Shown: positions 29,213 to 38,771, counted from the stretch's first letter. The stretch is 64,000 bases of DNA from an uncultured Ignavibacteriota bacterium (GCA_903884005.1 CAISDA010000072.1:25284-89283), one strand, 5' to 3'. Translations and numbers: made by a program. The notes: generated by a model from the sequence alone, not told the origin.

Positions 29213-30670
29213 CTACAGGACAATCCCGAAATCTTTAGATATCTGAACGACCGTTGCGTATAATTGCGCCGGCATGCCGACGCCAAGCGCGACCAGTGCT
29301 GCAAGCAGCACGATCGACGCAAAATGCATGATGTCGAATTTTTCGGCCGGGATCTCCGCCTGCACCGCATCCGAAGGCGGAGCGGCGTAGAGCATGCGGA
29401 ACACGGTTTTGCTCATGCCGACGAATATAAAGAACAACAGGAACATCACGCCCGCGAGCAGCCACGGCCTGGACATCAGTCCCTGGAAGATCATCAACTC
29501 GCTGAAAAAGATGCCGAAGGGCGGCATCGCAATGATGGCGAAGAACCCCGCAAGGAACAGCCACCCTGTCCACGGCATCGCGTTGAGCACGTTCCAGACC
29601 GAGGACACTTCGCGCGAGCGGTATGACCGATGGATATTGCCCGCATTGAAGAACAGCACCATTTTGGTGAGCGAGTTGAACACAGTATGAAGCATCGCTC
29701 CGACAAATGCGATGCCACCGGTGCCGATGCCGAGCGTGATGAGCCCGAGGTGCTCAACGCTCGAATACGCGATCATGCGTTTGTAATTAACAACCTTGAA
29801 CATGAAGACGAACGCGACGAAGAGCGAGAACATGCCGCCGATGACCATGATTGTGCGGGCGAATTCGGCCGTCGCCGTCGGCACCATAATTTGATAAATG
29901 CGGAGCACGCCGATGAGTGCCGTGCCCCTGAGCGAACCCGACATGAGCGCTGCAATGGGGCTCGGGGCATTGCTCGTGGCATCGATGTCTCCGGGATGCA
30001 TCGGGGCGATGCCGATCTTGGTGCTTAATCCGACTAAGACAAAGATGAAGCTTGCCTTGAGCCAGATAGGATTCAGGAGGACCGAATACCGGGTGTACGT
30101 CGAGATCAGCAATTGCTGCCCGGCGATCGCGGTGCCGCTGGCAGAGAGCGTGAGAAAGAGCAATCCGATGAATGCAAACGCGATGCCCACGGACACCAGG
30201 AAGAGATATTTCCACATCGCCTCGAGCGATTCTTCATCCGCGTAATAATAGATCAGCGGGGCGACGCTGAGCGTGGTGGTTTCGGATGCGACCCAGAACA
30301 ATCCGAGGTGGTTGCTGATGAGCGCCATCGTATTGGCGAACAGGAACAGGTTCAGCATCATGAAATACAGCCGCTTCCCCGATTCTTCGTTCACCAGCGT
30401 CGGGCGGTTGAGGTACGAATAGGACACGAGCACGACCCAGAAATAGACGTGCGAGAGGATCAACAGAAACAGCCGGCTCAGCGCATCGAAGCGAATAAAT
30501 TCATTGTCCGCCGGATGCACGACGCCGGAAAAAATGAGGAACGAAACACCGAGATGCAGGCCGGCGATCAGCAGCGAGATGCCGAATTGCGCTTTTCTGC
30601 TGCGAAGCAGATAATTGGCCCCGATGCCGATCAATGGCAGTCCAAGCAAAATAATGAGTTCGGTCATCAA
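29213..30670 (-). CDS. NuoN/NuoM/HyfF-like proton-translocating antiporter-type membrane subunit.
   Basis: 485 aa, about 14 TM helices, complex-I antiporter-like subunit pattern. 4-nt overlap with the upstream gene. Confidence 0.8.
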   Translation of the reverse strand: MMTELIILLGLPLIGIGANYLLRSRKAQFGISLLIAGLHLGVSFLIFSGVVHPADNEFIRFDALSRLFLLILSHVYFWVVLVSYSYLNRPTLVNEESGKRLYFMMLNLFLFANTMALISNHLGLFWVASETTTLSVAPLIYYYADEESLEAMWKYLFLVSVGIAFAFIGLLFLTLSASGTAIAGQQLLISTYTRYSVLLNPIWLKASFIFVLVGLSTKIGIAPMHPGDIDATSNAPSPIAALMSGSLRGTALIGVLRIYQIMVPTATAEFARTIMVIGGMFSLFVAFVFMFKVVNYKRMIAYSSVEHLGLITLGIGTGGIAFVGAMLHTVFNSLTKMVLFFNAGNIHRSYRSREVSSVWNVLNAMPWTGWLFLAGFFAIIAMPPFGIFFSELMIFQGLMSRPWLLAGVMFLLFFIFVGMSKTVFRMLYAAPPSDAVQAEIPAEKFDIMHFASIVLLAALVALGVGMPAQLYATVVQISKDFGIVL

Positions 30671-31299
30671 TCTTTTAGCCTTCCAAGAACGCTCACATCC
30701 TGTTGAGTGAATGTGGAACGGATCTTATTGATCGTGATACCCATGAGGAACACCACCACGAAGACGTCCAGCATGGCGCCGAGTTCCACGATGGTGGGCA
30801 TTTCGCCTGCGACGGAGGTTCCAAAGAGGAAGATGCCGTTCTCCAGGATCATAAAACCGACGACATGGACGATGAGCTTTTTCCTGAAGATGATGATATA
30901 GATCCCGACGATGATTGCCGAAAAGGCGGAAGCAAACGGGATCGGTTCGATGGGCGTGAAGCCGGAGAGCACATGGGCCGAGACGAACATGACGGACATC
31001 GACGCGACGGTGAGCAGAAGAAAGTTGAACGGCTGGATGCTCGGCTCGACGATGCGTTTCACATCGAGATCGATCACGATTTTATTGATGAACCGCGGAA
31101 TGATGACCGCCTTCACGATGAACGATGTGATCGGGATGATAAGGATGTGCACCGACAGATGGTTGATGAACGGGAACACCATGATCGCCGAAAGCAGTAT
31201 GCCCTGCGTGCGCAATATCGACACGTATGTTTTGAGCCGGGATGTGACGACGATATACAGCAGCGTCAGGCAGAACAAAATACTCAGTACATTTTCCAT
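30667..31299 (-). CDS. HyfE-like small membrane subunit of hydrogenase-4/complex-I-related module.
   Basis: 210 aa with 6–7 TM helices; a size and topology match to HyfE; sits in the HyfE position. Confidence 0.65.
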   Translation of the reverse strand: MENVLSILFCLTLLYIVVTSRLKTYVSILRTQGILLSAIMVFPFINHLSVHILIIPITSFIVKAVIIPRFINKIVIDLDVKRIVEPSIQPFNFLLLTVASMSVMFVSAHVLSGFTPIEPIPFASAFSAIIVGIYIIIFRKKLIVHVVGFMILENGIFLFGTSVAGEMPTIVELGAMLDVFVVVFLMGITINKIRSTFTQQDVSVLGRLKD

Positions 31300-31315
31300 T
31301 GCATTTGTTTTTCGG

Positions 31316-32245
31316 TTATTGGCGGACGAACGTGTAAATAAGCAAATTGAGAATTCCGATCGCAGTCGCGAACAGCAGATACTGCGGAATGCTCTTCATC
31401 TTAAAGCGCGCGATCATCGTTTCCACCCACGCAATGAGGGCCGTGAGCAGCAGCAGCATGACAATAAACACCGAAAACCCCAGCCAGGGATTCTGCATGC
31501 TGAACGGATTGAAGAACGATGCCTCATAGATCGCATAGATCATGATCTTGATAAAGCTCGAATACTGATAGAGGAAAAGGTCGATCCCCGAATTGTCGAG
31601 GATCATCACTTCGTGGATCATTGTCAGTTCCAGGTGCGTGTTCGGATCGTCGATAGGCATGCGCGAGCATTCGGTCATCATCAGGAAGAACGCTGAGATC
31701 GAGCTGACGATGATGAACACGAGCGATGTCGGATTATCGAGCCGTATGGAATGGTAGATATCATAGATCGACGTGTGCCCGCTGATGAACGCCAGGCTGC
31801 CGAGCGTGAAGAAATAGATGGGTTCGGCAAAGACGGCAAACGTGGCTTCGCGCGCGGCGCCCATGCCTTCGAACGAGCTGCCGATATCCATGGCCCCGAG
31901 AATTTGGAAGAAGCGCGCGAGGCCGAGCAGGTAGGCGAACACGATGATATCGCCGTTGAAGCTCAGGATCGGTTTCACATAGCCGATCGGCAGCATGAGG
32001 CTCGAGATGAGAACAGCGGCGAATGCGACGACCGGTGCCAGACGGCTGACGAACGACGCGGTCACCGCATAGATCGTCTCTTTCCGAGTGAGCCGGAGCA
32101 GGTCAAAGTACGGCTGCCAGAGCGGGGCGCCGATTCTGCCGGTGAGCAGAGCCTTCTGCTTGTTGATCAGGCCCACCAGCAGCGGCGAGATGCCGAGGAT
32201 GAACAGGAATGGGAACAGTCCCTGGATATTTAAAAATATGTCCAT
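31316..32245 (-). CDS. NuoH/HyfC/HycD-like membrane subunit (complex-I subunit-1 family).
   Basis: 309 aa, 8 TM helices, NuoH-like conserved charged residues. Overlaps the upstream gene by 16 nt. Confidence 0.8.
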   Translation of the reverse strand: MDIFLNIQGLFPFLFILGISPLLVGLINKQKALLTGRIGAPLWQPYFDLLRLTRKETIYAVTASFVSRLAPVVAFAAVLISSLMLPIGYVKPILSFNGDIIVFAYLLGLARFFQILGAMDIGSSFEGMGAAREATFAVFAEPIYFFTLGSLAFISGHTSIYDIYHSIRLDNPTSLVFIIVSSISAFFLMMTECSRMPIDDPNTHLELTMIHEVMILDNSGIDLFLYQYSSFIKIMIYAIYEASFFNPFSMQNPWLGFSVFIVMLLLLTALIAWVETMIARFKMKSIPQYLLFATAIGILNLLIYTFVRQ

Positions 32246-34257
32246 ACGATCGCGACTCCGCCGTACACCAGTACGACAATTAACATAAATAAAATATAGT
32301 ACCGAATATCCGTTCGGCTCAACGATTCAATTGCGCCGGCCCTGTCGACGATGGCATGATAGAGCGGCGCGACGAACGTCTCTTCCGAAAAATCTCCGGC
32401 GTGGGAATCGAATTTCGACCGTTTTGGAAAAATCGTTTCCGGAGCCGATGTGTGCGTGCGCAGATGAAGCGTCGCGGCTGCGATGCTGTTGATCTCATCG
32501 GCAAACGACGATGCGGTATACTGCATTTTCGGAGTCTGCCGGCGATATCCGCAGGCCCATGCAGGCGCCGCGCGCCGGCGAGCGCCGATCGTCTTCGCGG
32601 CAAACACGCATCCGATCGCAGCGAGAACGCTCACGAACACGAGCGTCAGCATGTTCCATTGCGCGAAGATCGTGTACGGCTGCAGGGCGATGCCCCATCG
32701 GTTATTTGCAATAACGGAAGTAATGATCCCGAGCACCGGCTGGGGATAAATGCCGAACAAAATGCAGAGCAGCGCGGGAAACCCCATTGCGGCATAGTCG
32801 GCCGCTGTCACGGTGAATGCGCCGAGACTGCTCCGTTCGGTTCCGAGGAACATCACGCTGTCGATCTTCGTGAAACAGGCGAGCGCCAAACCGCCGACGA
32901 ATGCCAGGCCGACGGCCATGACCAGCATGAACAGCGGGAAATATTTTCCGAGCGCCGATGCCGATTCGAAGAACCCCTTGAAGATCAAAAATTCGGACAT
33001 GAACCCGTTCAGCGGAGGCAGGCCGCTGATGGCCAGGGTTCCGACGAGGAACAACGCCGTGAACCATGGCGCGCGATGAACGATGCCGCCCATGCGTTCG
33101 ATATCGCGCGTGCCGAAATTCTGATAGATGACGCCAGATCCGATAAACAACAGAGTCTTGAAGATGGCGTGGTTGAACGTATGGAACAATGCGCCGCCAA
33201 ATCCCAGCCAGATAAGCGACTGGACCGAATACGAAATGCCGATGACGCCGGTGCCGATACCGATGCCGATGATGCCGATATTTTCGATGGAATGATATGC
33301 CAGCAGTTTTTTTATATCATGCTGCGCGAGCGCGTACCACACGCCGAAGATGGCACTGAACACGCTGACGACCATGATCAGGATGCCGATCCATGCAGGC
33401 AGCGGAGAACAAAATTCTATCACCCGGAAGATCCCGTAGATGCCGGTCTTAATGATGACTCCGGAAAGAAACGCGCTCAGCACCGTGGGTGCAATGGGAT
33501 GCGCCCATGGGAGCCAGAAATGGAACGGCATGAATCCCGCCTTGATGCCGAAGCCCAAAAATCCTAGTCCGCACACGCCGTAAAAAAGAAGCCCCAGATC
33601 GGGAGCGATATGGAAGTCGGTGAAGAACCAGCTGCCCGCATGCGCATGAAGCATGAAAAAAAAGACATATAGGATGAACGTCGCCATGTGCGTCGTTGTG
33701 AAATAGATGAAGCTTCCCTTCTGCACTTCCTCCTTCTCCTTCTCCAGGAGCATGCCGAGATACGCCGCGAGCGTCATTAGTTCCCAGAAGACAAGGAAGA
33801 CAATCGCATGATTTGCGAGGACGACCAACTGCGTCGCCAACAGCAGCAATGAGAATGACACGAGGAACGCGCGGACCGCCGCCCCCCTGCCCAGATGCTG
33901 CTGAAGGTACGAATGTGCTGAGATGATCGTCGGCACGGCAACGGTCGTGACGACAAGAAGGAAATAGAGCGCAAGCCCGTCTGCCCGGAAGAACGGTTCA
34001 CACCAGGGAATCGAAGGTATCAGTGGATAGACCGAAGGAAGCGAGACGATGCGTTCGATGGAAAAGCCTGCATTCATGACGAGTCCGGGAACGACCGCGG
34101 CGACGAACAGCGTCAGCGCGCGCCCCAACGGGCGGACAGTCGCTGCGATGACCGCACCGGCGATAATGAAACCGCACCCGAAAAGAAAGACAGCGTCCAT
34201 AAGAAATATTTCACTAATGATCGTAACGTCCGATAATCCTTGTCCTGAGGTATTCAT
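32230..34257 (-). CDS. NuoL/HyfB/HyfD-like antiporter-type membrane subunit (second copy).
   Basis: 675 aa. NuoL-family motifs (WLPWAHPIAPTVLSAFLSGVIIKTGIYG, IENIGIIGIGIG). Confidence 0.8.
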   Translation of the reverse strand: MNTSGQGLSDVTIISEIFLMDAVFLFGCGFIIAGAVIAATVRPLGRALTLFVAAVVPGLVMNAGFSIERIVSLPSVYPLIPSIPWCEPFFRADGLALYFLLVVTTVAVPTIISAHSYLQQHLGRGAAVRAFLVSFSLLLLATQLVVLANHAIVFLVFWELMTLAAYLGMLLEKEKEEVQKGSFIYFTTTHMATFILYVFFFMLHAHAGSWFFTDFHIAPDLGLLFYGVCGLGFLGFGIKAGFMPFHFWLPWAHPIAPTVLSAFLSGVIIKTGIYGIFRVIEFCSPLPAWIGILIMVVSVFSAIFGVWYALAQHDIKKLLAYHSIENIGIIGIGIGTGVIGISYSVQSLIWLGFGGALFHTFNHAIFKTLLFIGSGVIYQNFGTRDIERMGGIVHRAPWFTALFLVGTLAISGLPPLNGFMSEFLIFKGFFESASALGKYFPLFMLVMAVGLAFVGGLALACFTKIDSVMFLGTERSSLGAFTVTAADYAAMGFPALLCILFGIYPQPVLGIITSVIANNRWGIALQPYTIFAQWNMLTLVFVSVLAAIGCVFAAKTIGARRRAAPAWACGYRRQTPKMQYTASSFADEINSIAAATLHLRTHTSAPETIFPKRSKFDSHAGDFSEETFVAPLYHAIVDRAGAIESLSRTDIRYYILFMLIVVLVYGGVAIVWTYF

Positions 34258-34300
34258 CTAGACTAGGGTCAAGAATCTTCGTGCACACAACTACATCACC

Positions 34301-34420
34301 GTCATCCTGAGCGAAGCGAAGGATCTAAAATGGTGATTGCCAGTAGTAGCTATAAATACATGCTGCCTGATGTCATGAGCATTGTAGATTCTTCGGTCGC
34401 TCGAGCTCCCTCAGAATGAC
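34301..34420. repeat. Inverted pair of the same dispersed repeat (GTCATCCTGAGCGAAGCGAAGGATC forward; long variant reversed at 34387–34420).
   Basis: Short variant 34301–34325. Reverse-complement long variant GATTCTTCGGTCGCTCGAGCTCCCTCAGAATGAC at 34387–34420, two mismatches versus 29072–29107. A poly-C9 tract follows at 34445–34453. Confidence 0.55.
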
Positions 34421-34459
34421 ATGGCACAGTACATACAGTGAGTTCCCCCCCCCTTTTAA

Positions 34460-36436
34460 TCAGATCTGGAACGCCAGGAACAGATAGAGCAGCAGGGCTA
34501 TGATTGAAAACGTCACATACACCTGGATCTTGCCCGACTGAAGCCATTTGAACCATTCCACGAGCCAGGACACGAACGCGCCCGCGGGTTCGACGAACCT
34601 GTTGAGCACAAGATCCGCCGCGTTCGTGCGGAACGAACTCGTTGCGGGCAGAGGAATTTCCGGCAGGTGAATATCGTGGTGCACATTCAACGCCTTCCCT
34701 GCAATGTTCACGATATCGTCGGAGAAGGATGTTCCCGAATACTGCATACGCGCAGTGAGTGCCGTGTATCCACAGCCCCATGGAACGCTCGTGCGCACGG
34801 AACGGCGCGCGGCCAGCCTCGTTTTGGCGATCATCATAAGCGCAATGACAATGATCACTGCCACCGCGATCGTTCCGACCGATGTGATCGTTCCCACGGA
34901 CGACGACCATGACAGCCCTTGTGACAATGGGAAAAGATCCCGATACACTGCCTCGCACCAGCCAACAACGATCTGCGGAAATAATCCAAGGACGAACACA
35001 GCCAGTGCAAGAGCGGACAGGGTTACGAGTTCATACTTCGTGATGTGAACATCGTGTTCGGGAGGCCGTTTGGGAGAGCCGAGGAAGACCATCGACATGA
35101 TTTTTGAGAACGCGACAACAGCCAATCCGCCGACGAATGCCAGGGCAACGGCGGAAGTGAGCATGAAGAATGGGAAATACAACGAGAGGGATCGGGAAGC
35201 CTCGAAGAAGCCGCTGTATATCAAAAACTCGGAGGCGAAGCCGTTGAGCGGAGGAAGTCCGCAGATGGCAATGGAGCCGATGAGGACGATGCCGCCGAAG
35301 AGCGGCGCCGATTTCATCAAGCCGCCCATGAGTTCGATATTGCGGTGATGATAATGGTGGTAAATTGTTCCGGCACTCATGAACAGCAATGATTTGAAGA
35401 CAAAATGGTTCGCCGTATGGAAGAGCGCCCCGGCGAGTCCGAGGAACGTGAGCAGCGGCTGCTGGTGCTGCAGCCCAAACATCATGAGCGAGAGCCCGAT
35501 GCCGATGATGCCGATATTTTCGATCGAGGAATAGGCGAGCATTCGTTTGAGGTCTTTTTGGGCGAGCGCATTCCAGATTCCGAAGATCGCCGTCGTGCCG
35601 GCAATGAACAACAGCGAGGCCGGAATAAAGTAATCGATCGGATGCGTCCATGTGATGACGCGAATGAGTCCATAGATGCCGGTCTTCAGCATGACGGCGG
35701 ACAGCACCGCCGAGATGTGGCTGGGTGCGACCGGGTGCGCTTCGGGAAGCCAGAAATGAAACGGCATGAATCCGGCTTTCATGCCGAAGCCGATGAAGCC
35801 GAACCAAAATATTGTTGTGATCGCAGACGGCAGGTACGCCTGATGTGTGAACGCTGAAAATTCCCAGCTGTTGGTCTGCTGATGGAGCAGAAGGAACATC
35901 AGGTACAGAAAGAGCGTGCCGACGTGCGCAGCCGCAAAGAAAATGAAACTGCCGCGCTGCACTTCCTCCTTTTCACGCTCGAAGACGATCCCGACATAGC
36001 CGGCGAGCGCCATGAGTTCCCATGCGGCCAAAAACAGCAGCGCATGGTTGGCGATCACGATGACCTGCATCGACAAGAACAACACGGCGGTTGCAGCGAT
36101 GGTCGGTTTCAGCGAGCGGGTCTGTTCGTAGTGAGAGAGATATCCGATGCCGTAGATGGAAGACACGATCCCTCCGCACTGGATGAGGCCGAGGAAGAAG
36201 AGCGAGAGCTTATCGAACGACAGTGAAATAGTCCCGAGGCTCGGGTGCGCGAAGAGCACGATCACCGGGGGTGTCGGGAAAAAAAATGCGCGCGTTGTAA
36301 ACGCAAGGCCGCAGGCCGTGGCGGCTGCGATCAGCCCATGTGCGGCGCGATTGAGGACGAATTGGCTGCGGGAAACGGCAATGACGATGATCGCAAGCGC
36401 GAGCAGCATGCAGTCCGCGACAAAAAATTCAATCAT
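34460..36436 (-). CDS. NuoL/HyfB-like antiporter-type membrane subunit (first copy).
   Basis: About 658 aa. Motifs WLPEAHPVAPSHISAVLSAVMLKTGIYG and IENIGIIGIGLS. Start ATG forms an ATGA overlap with the upstream regulator gene. Confidence 0.8.
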   Translation of the reverse strand: MIEFFVADCMLLALAIIVIAVSRSQFVLNRAAHGLIAAATACGLAFTTRAFFFPTPPVIVLFAHPSLGTISLSFDKLSLFFLGLIQCGGIVSSIYGIGYLSHYEQTRSLKPTIAATAVLFLSMQVIVIANHALLFLAAWELMALAGYVGIVFEREKEEVQRGSFIFFAAAHVGTLFLYLMFLLLHQQTNSWEFSAFTHQAYLPSAITTIFWFGFIGFGMKAGFMPFHFWLPEAHPVAPSHISAVLSAVMLKTGIYGLIRVITWTHPIDYFIPASLLFIAGTTAIFGIWNALAQKDLKRMLAYSSIENIGIIGIGLSLMMFGLQHQQPLLTFLGLAGALFHTANHFVFKSLLFMSAGTIYHHYHHRNIELMGGLMKSAPLFGGIVLIGSIAICGLPPLNGFASEFLIYSGFFEASRSLSLYFPFFMLTSAVALAFVGGLAVVAFSKIMSMVFLGSPKRPPEHDVHITKYELVTLSALALAVFVLGLFPQIVVGWCEAVYRDLFPLSQGLSWSSSVGTITSVGTIAVAVIIVIALMMIAKTRLAARRSVRTSVPWGCGYTALTARMQYSGTSFSDDIVNIAGKALNVHHDIHLPEIPLPATSSFRTNAADLVLNRFVEPAGAFVSWLVEWFKWLQSGKIQVYVTFSIIALLLYLFLAFQI

Positions 36437-37101
36437 CGGTGTACTTGCCCCTCGCATTGTTCAATGACCGAGATCAATTGCGGATACGGCAGGCGCTGTT
36501 CCAACGCCAGTTGAATTTCTTTTTTCGACAGCAGCAGACTGATGTGCGCCAATAGACTTAAATGCTGCTTGATCGTCTGTGAAATGATGAGGATCAGCGT
36601 ATGCACCGGTTTTCCGTCGAGCGAATTGAGGTTGAGGAACCGGGACGGGAAGAAGAAATGGATCAGTGGTTTTTCGCGCCCGATGACAAGCGGGATGCGA
36701 GGATGGGGCAGGCTGATCCCGTTGCCGATCGCGGTGGTCATTAATTGCTCGCGGCTCTTCAGCAATTGTATCACCACGTCCCGGTCGACAGTCGGATCGA
36801 ACGAGGCCATGTGCGTCATTTGTTCGATATACCCGTCCTCGGTGAAATCGCAATTGTAGAACACCGATTCTTCGGTCAGCAGCGGCAGCAGGCTGCCGAT
36901 ATGGTACTCCTGGAAATGGGAGTTTCCGGAAAGATTGAGTGGAAGACTCTTGTCCAGTGCCCATTCGATAATTTTTTCTTTATTGAAAATTATTCTATCC
37001 TGGATGATCTGGTGAGGAATCCCCTTGGCCTTCACTAATTTTTGTATTTCTTTTTCGGAAAGCAGCAATAACTGTGCAATATCTTTAATTCGTAAATCCA
37101 C
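36433..37101 (-). CDS. Putative transcriptional regulator: N-terminal excisionase/MerR-type HTH (HTH_17) fused to a PTS EIIA type-2 (PtsN/EIIA-Ntr-like) domain.
   Basis: HTH segment DLRIKDIAQLLLLSEKEIQKLVKAKGIPHQII. EIIA_2 segment with phospho-His context TAIGNGISLPHPR and a C-terminal LLSKKEIQLAL region. GTG start at 37101 after an AAAGG RBS-like motif; the long N-terminal extension in the track is Arg/Cys-rich junk. Confidence 0.55.
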   Translation of the reverse strand: MDLRIKDIAQLLLLSEKEIQKLVKAKGIPHQIIQDRIIFNKEKIIEWALDKSLPLNLSGNSHFQEYHIGSLLPLLTEESVFYNCDFTEDGYIEQMTHMASFDPTVDRDVVIQLLKSREQLMTTAIGNGISLPHPRIPLVIGREKPLIHFFFPSRFLNLNSLDGKPVHTLILIISQTIKQHLSLLAHISLLLSKKEIQLALEQRLPYPQLISVIEQCEGQVHR

Positions 37102-37357
37102 TGGCGTTCGCCTTTCTCTTTCAGATGCCTCACTTTGTGCGCGATCATGATCTATGGTTGGCTCACGCCAGTACTGTGATGCCGGAAGTGATGCCGCCGT
37201 TGAGCGACGGCTGCGACAGCGAAAAATTCTCTCAGCACGCTGTGGTGGAGCACACATCGGATGCGACGGGGGACCATGGTGGACAACAGTAACGTGTTCA
37301 GGGGTATCTGCGCAGCATACACCGGCATCATGTCTTTCAGCCTGAGCGCAGGTTTTA

Positions 37358-37370
37358 CAACCTGTGGTTG
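37358..37370. promoter_or_regulatory. Perfect palindrome CAACC-TGT-GGTTG in the divergent add/Hyf-like intergenic region; candidate operator.
   Basis: 5-bp inverted arms with a 3-bp spacer, about 255 nt upstream of the regulator start and about 210 nt upstream of add. Confidence 0.2.
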
Positions 37371-37581
37371 CACTAACATAGAAAAATAATACCATTCTTT
37401 CAACCCCCTCGCCTCACTTCATGGGGACCCCGGCTCTGCGTGCGCGGGCGCCGAGTTTTTTGTTGCAACTGAACAGAGTCCTCCCTACATTGAATCTACT
37501 AATTTTCATTCACCCATTGCACCTCCTCTCGCGCACTCTGTCTCTTGCTGCGACGGGGAGAGGCCAATCATTGGAACCATT

Positions 37582-38655
37582 ATGGATCTTTCACGAGATA
37601 TTCTCCAAGCAATGCCCAAAGTGTTGCTGCACGATCACCTGGACGGAGGAGTCCGTCCCCAGACAGTCATCGACTTGGCGCAAGACCAGCAGTACACAAA
37701 ATTGCCCACGAAGGATGCGGGGGAATTAAGCGCATGGTTCCAGCGAGGCGCGCAGCGCGGAAGCCTTCCGCTGTTCCTGGAGGGATTCGAGCATACGTGC
37801 GGCGTCATGCAGACCGAGGAGGCATTGGAGCGCATCGCCTATGAGATGATGGAAGACATGCGGAAGGACGGCGTCGTGTATGTCGAGACGCGCTTCGCCC
37901 CCGTTTTTCACACGGGGAAAGGACTTGCCCAGCACAAGGTCGTGCGTGCGGTGCTGCGCGGATTGGAACGCGGACGCGCGGACTTCAAGGTCCAGTTCGG
38001 CATGATCCTGTGTGCAATGCGGCATATGGAGCCGGCGGTATCACAGGAAGTGGCCGAGCTTGCCGTTGAATTCAGGAATTTTGGCGTCGTCGGTTTCGAT
38101 CTCGCGGGTGAAGAAGGCGGATATCCGCCGAAGAAGCATGTGGACGCGTTCCATTACATCCAGCGTGAAAATTTCAACATCACCATCCATGCCGGAGAGG
38201 CATTCGGCAAGGAATCCATCTGGCAGGCGATCCAATGGTGCGGCGCACACCGCATCGGGCATGGAACCCGCATCATCGAAGACATGCGTATCAAGGAAGG
38301 CGAAGTGCTCAGCATGGGAACGCTGGCGCAATACGTGCTCGATAAACGCATCCCGCTTGAAATATGCATGACGAGCAACGTTCACACGGGAGCGGTGCGC
38401 AGCCTGGAGGAGCATCCGTTCGGCATCCTCTATAAGTACAAGTTCCGCGTGACGTTGAACACGGACGACCGGCTCATGAGCGGCATCACGCTGACGGATG
38501 AATATGAAGTGGCGAACAAAACATTCGGATTGAGGTTCGACGATCTCGAGAAGCTGACGATCAACGCGATGAAGAGCGCGTTCATTCCGTACAAGGACCG
38601 CATTAAAATCATCTACGAGGTGATCAAGCCGGGGTTTGCAGCGATCAGGCCGTAG
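37582..38655 (+). CDS. add: Adenosine deaminase.
   Basis: LLHDHLDGG zinc-binding HxH region, ITIHAGE, and SLNTDD(R) motifs of the adenosine/AMP deaminase family. Confidence 0.9.
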   Translation: MDLSRDILQAMPKVLLHDHLDGGVRPQTVIDLAQDQQYTKLPTKDAGELSAWFQRGAQRGSLPLFLEGFEHTCGVMQTEEALERIAYEMMEDMRKDGVVYVETRFAPVFHTGKGLAQHKVVRAVLRGLERGRADFKVQFGMILCAMRHMEPAVSQEVAELAVEFRNFGVVGFDLAGEEGGYPPKKHVDAFHYIQRENFNITIHAGEAFGKESIWQAIQWCGAHRIGHGTRIIEDMRIKEGEVLSMGTLAQYVLDKRIPLEICMTSNVHTGAVRSLEEHPFGILYKYKFRVTLNTDDRLMSGITLTDEYEVANKTFGLRFDDLEKLTINAMKSAFIPYKDRIKIIYEVIKPGFAAIRP

Positions 38656-38771
38656 GCGCCATTGTATCATTCAATGAACTTCCGAGACACACGGTCCCCC
38701 CATCGCAGAGCGAGACGACACTCGCCCTGCGGCGACTCCGCCCCGTTTGGGCGGGCATACACGTACGATAG

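Noticed and set aside
32356-33567. 403-aa plus-strand ORF (Arg/Asp/Glu-rich) overlapping the NuoL-like gene.
   Set aside because: Antisense to a well-supported membrane-subunit gene, with a charged low-complexity translation.
37425-37465. GC-rich segment followed by TTTTTTGTT upstream of add, which looked like an attenuator or terminator.
   Set aside because: On inspection the flanking arms do not form a clean complementary stem (only about 3–4 bp pair), so an intrinsic terminator is not supported.
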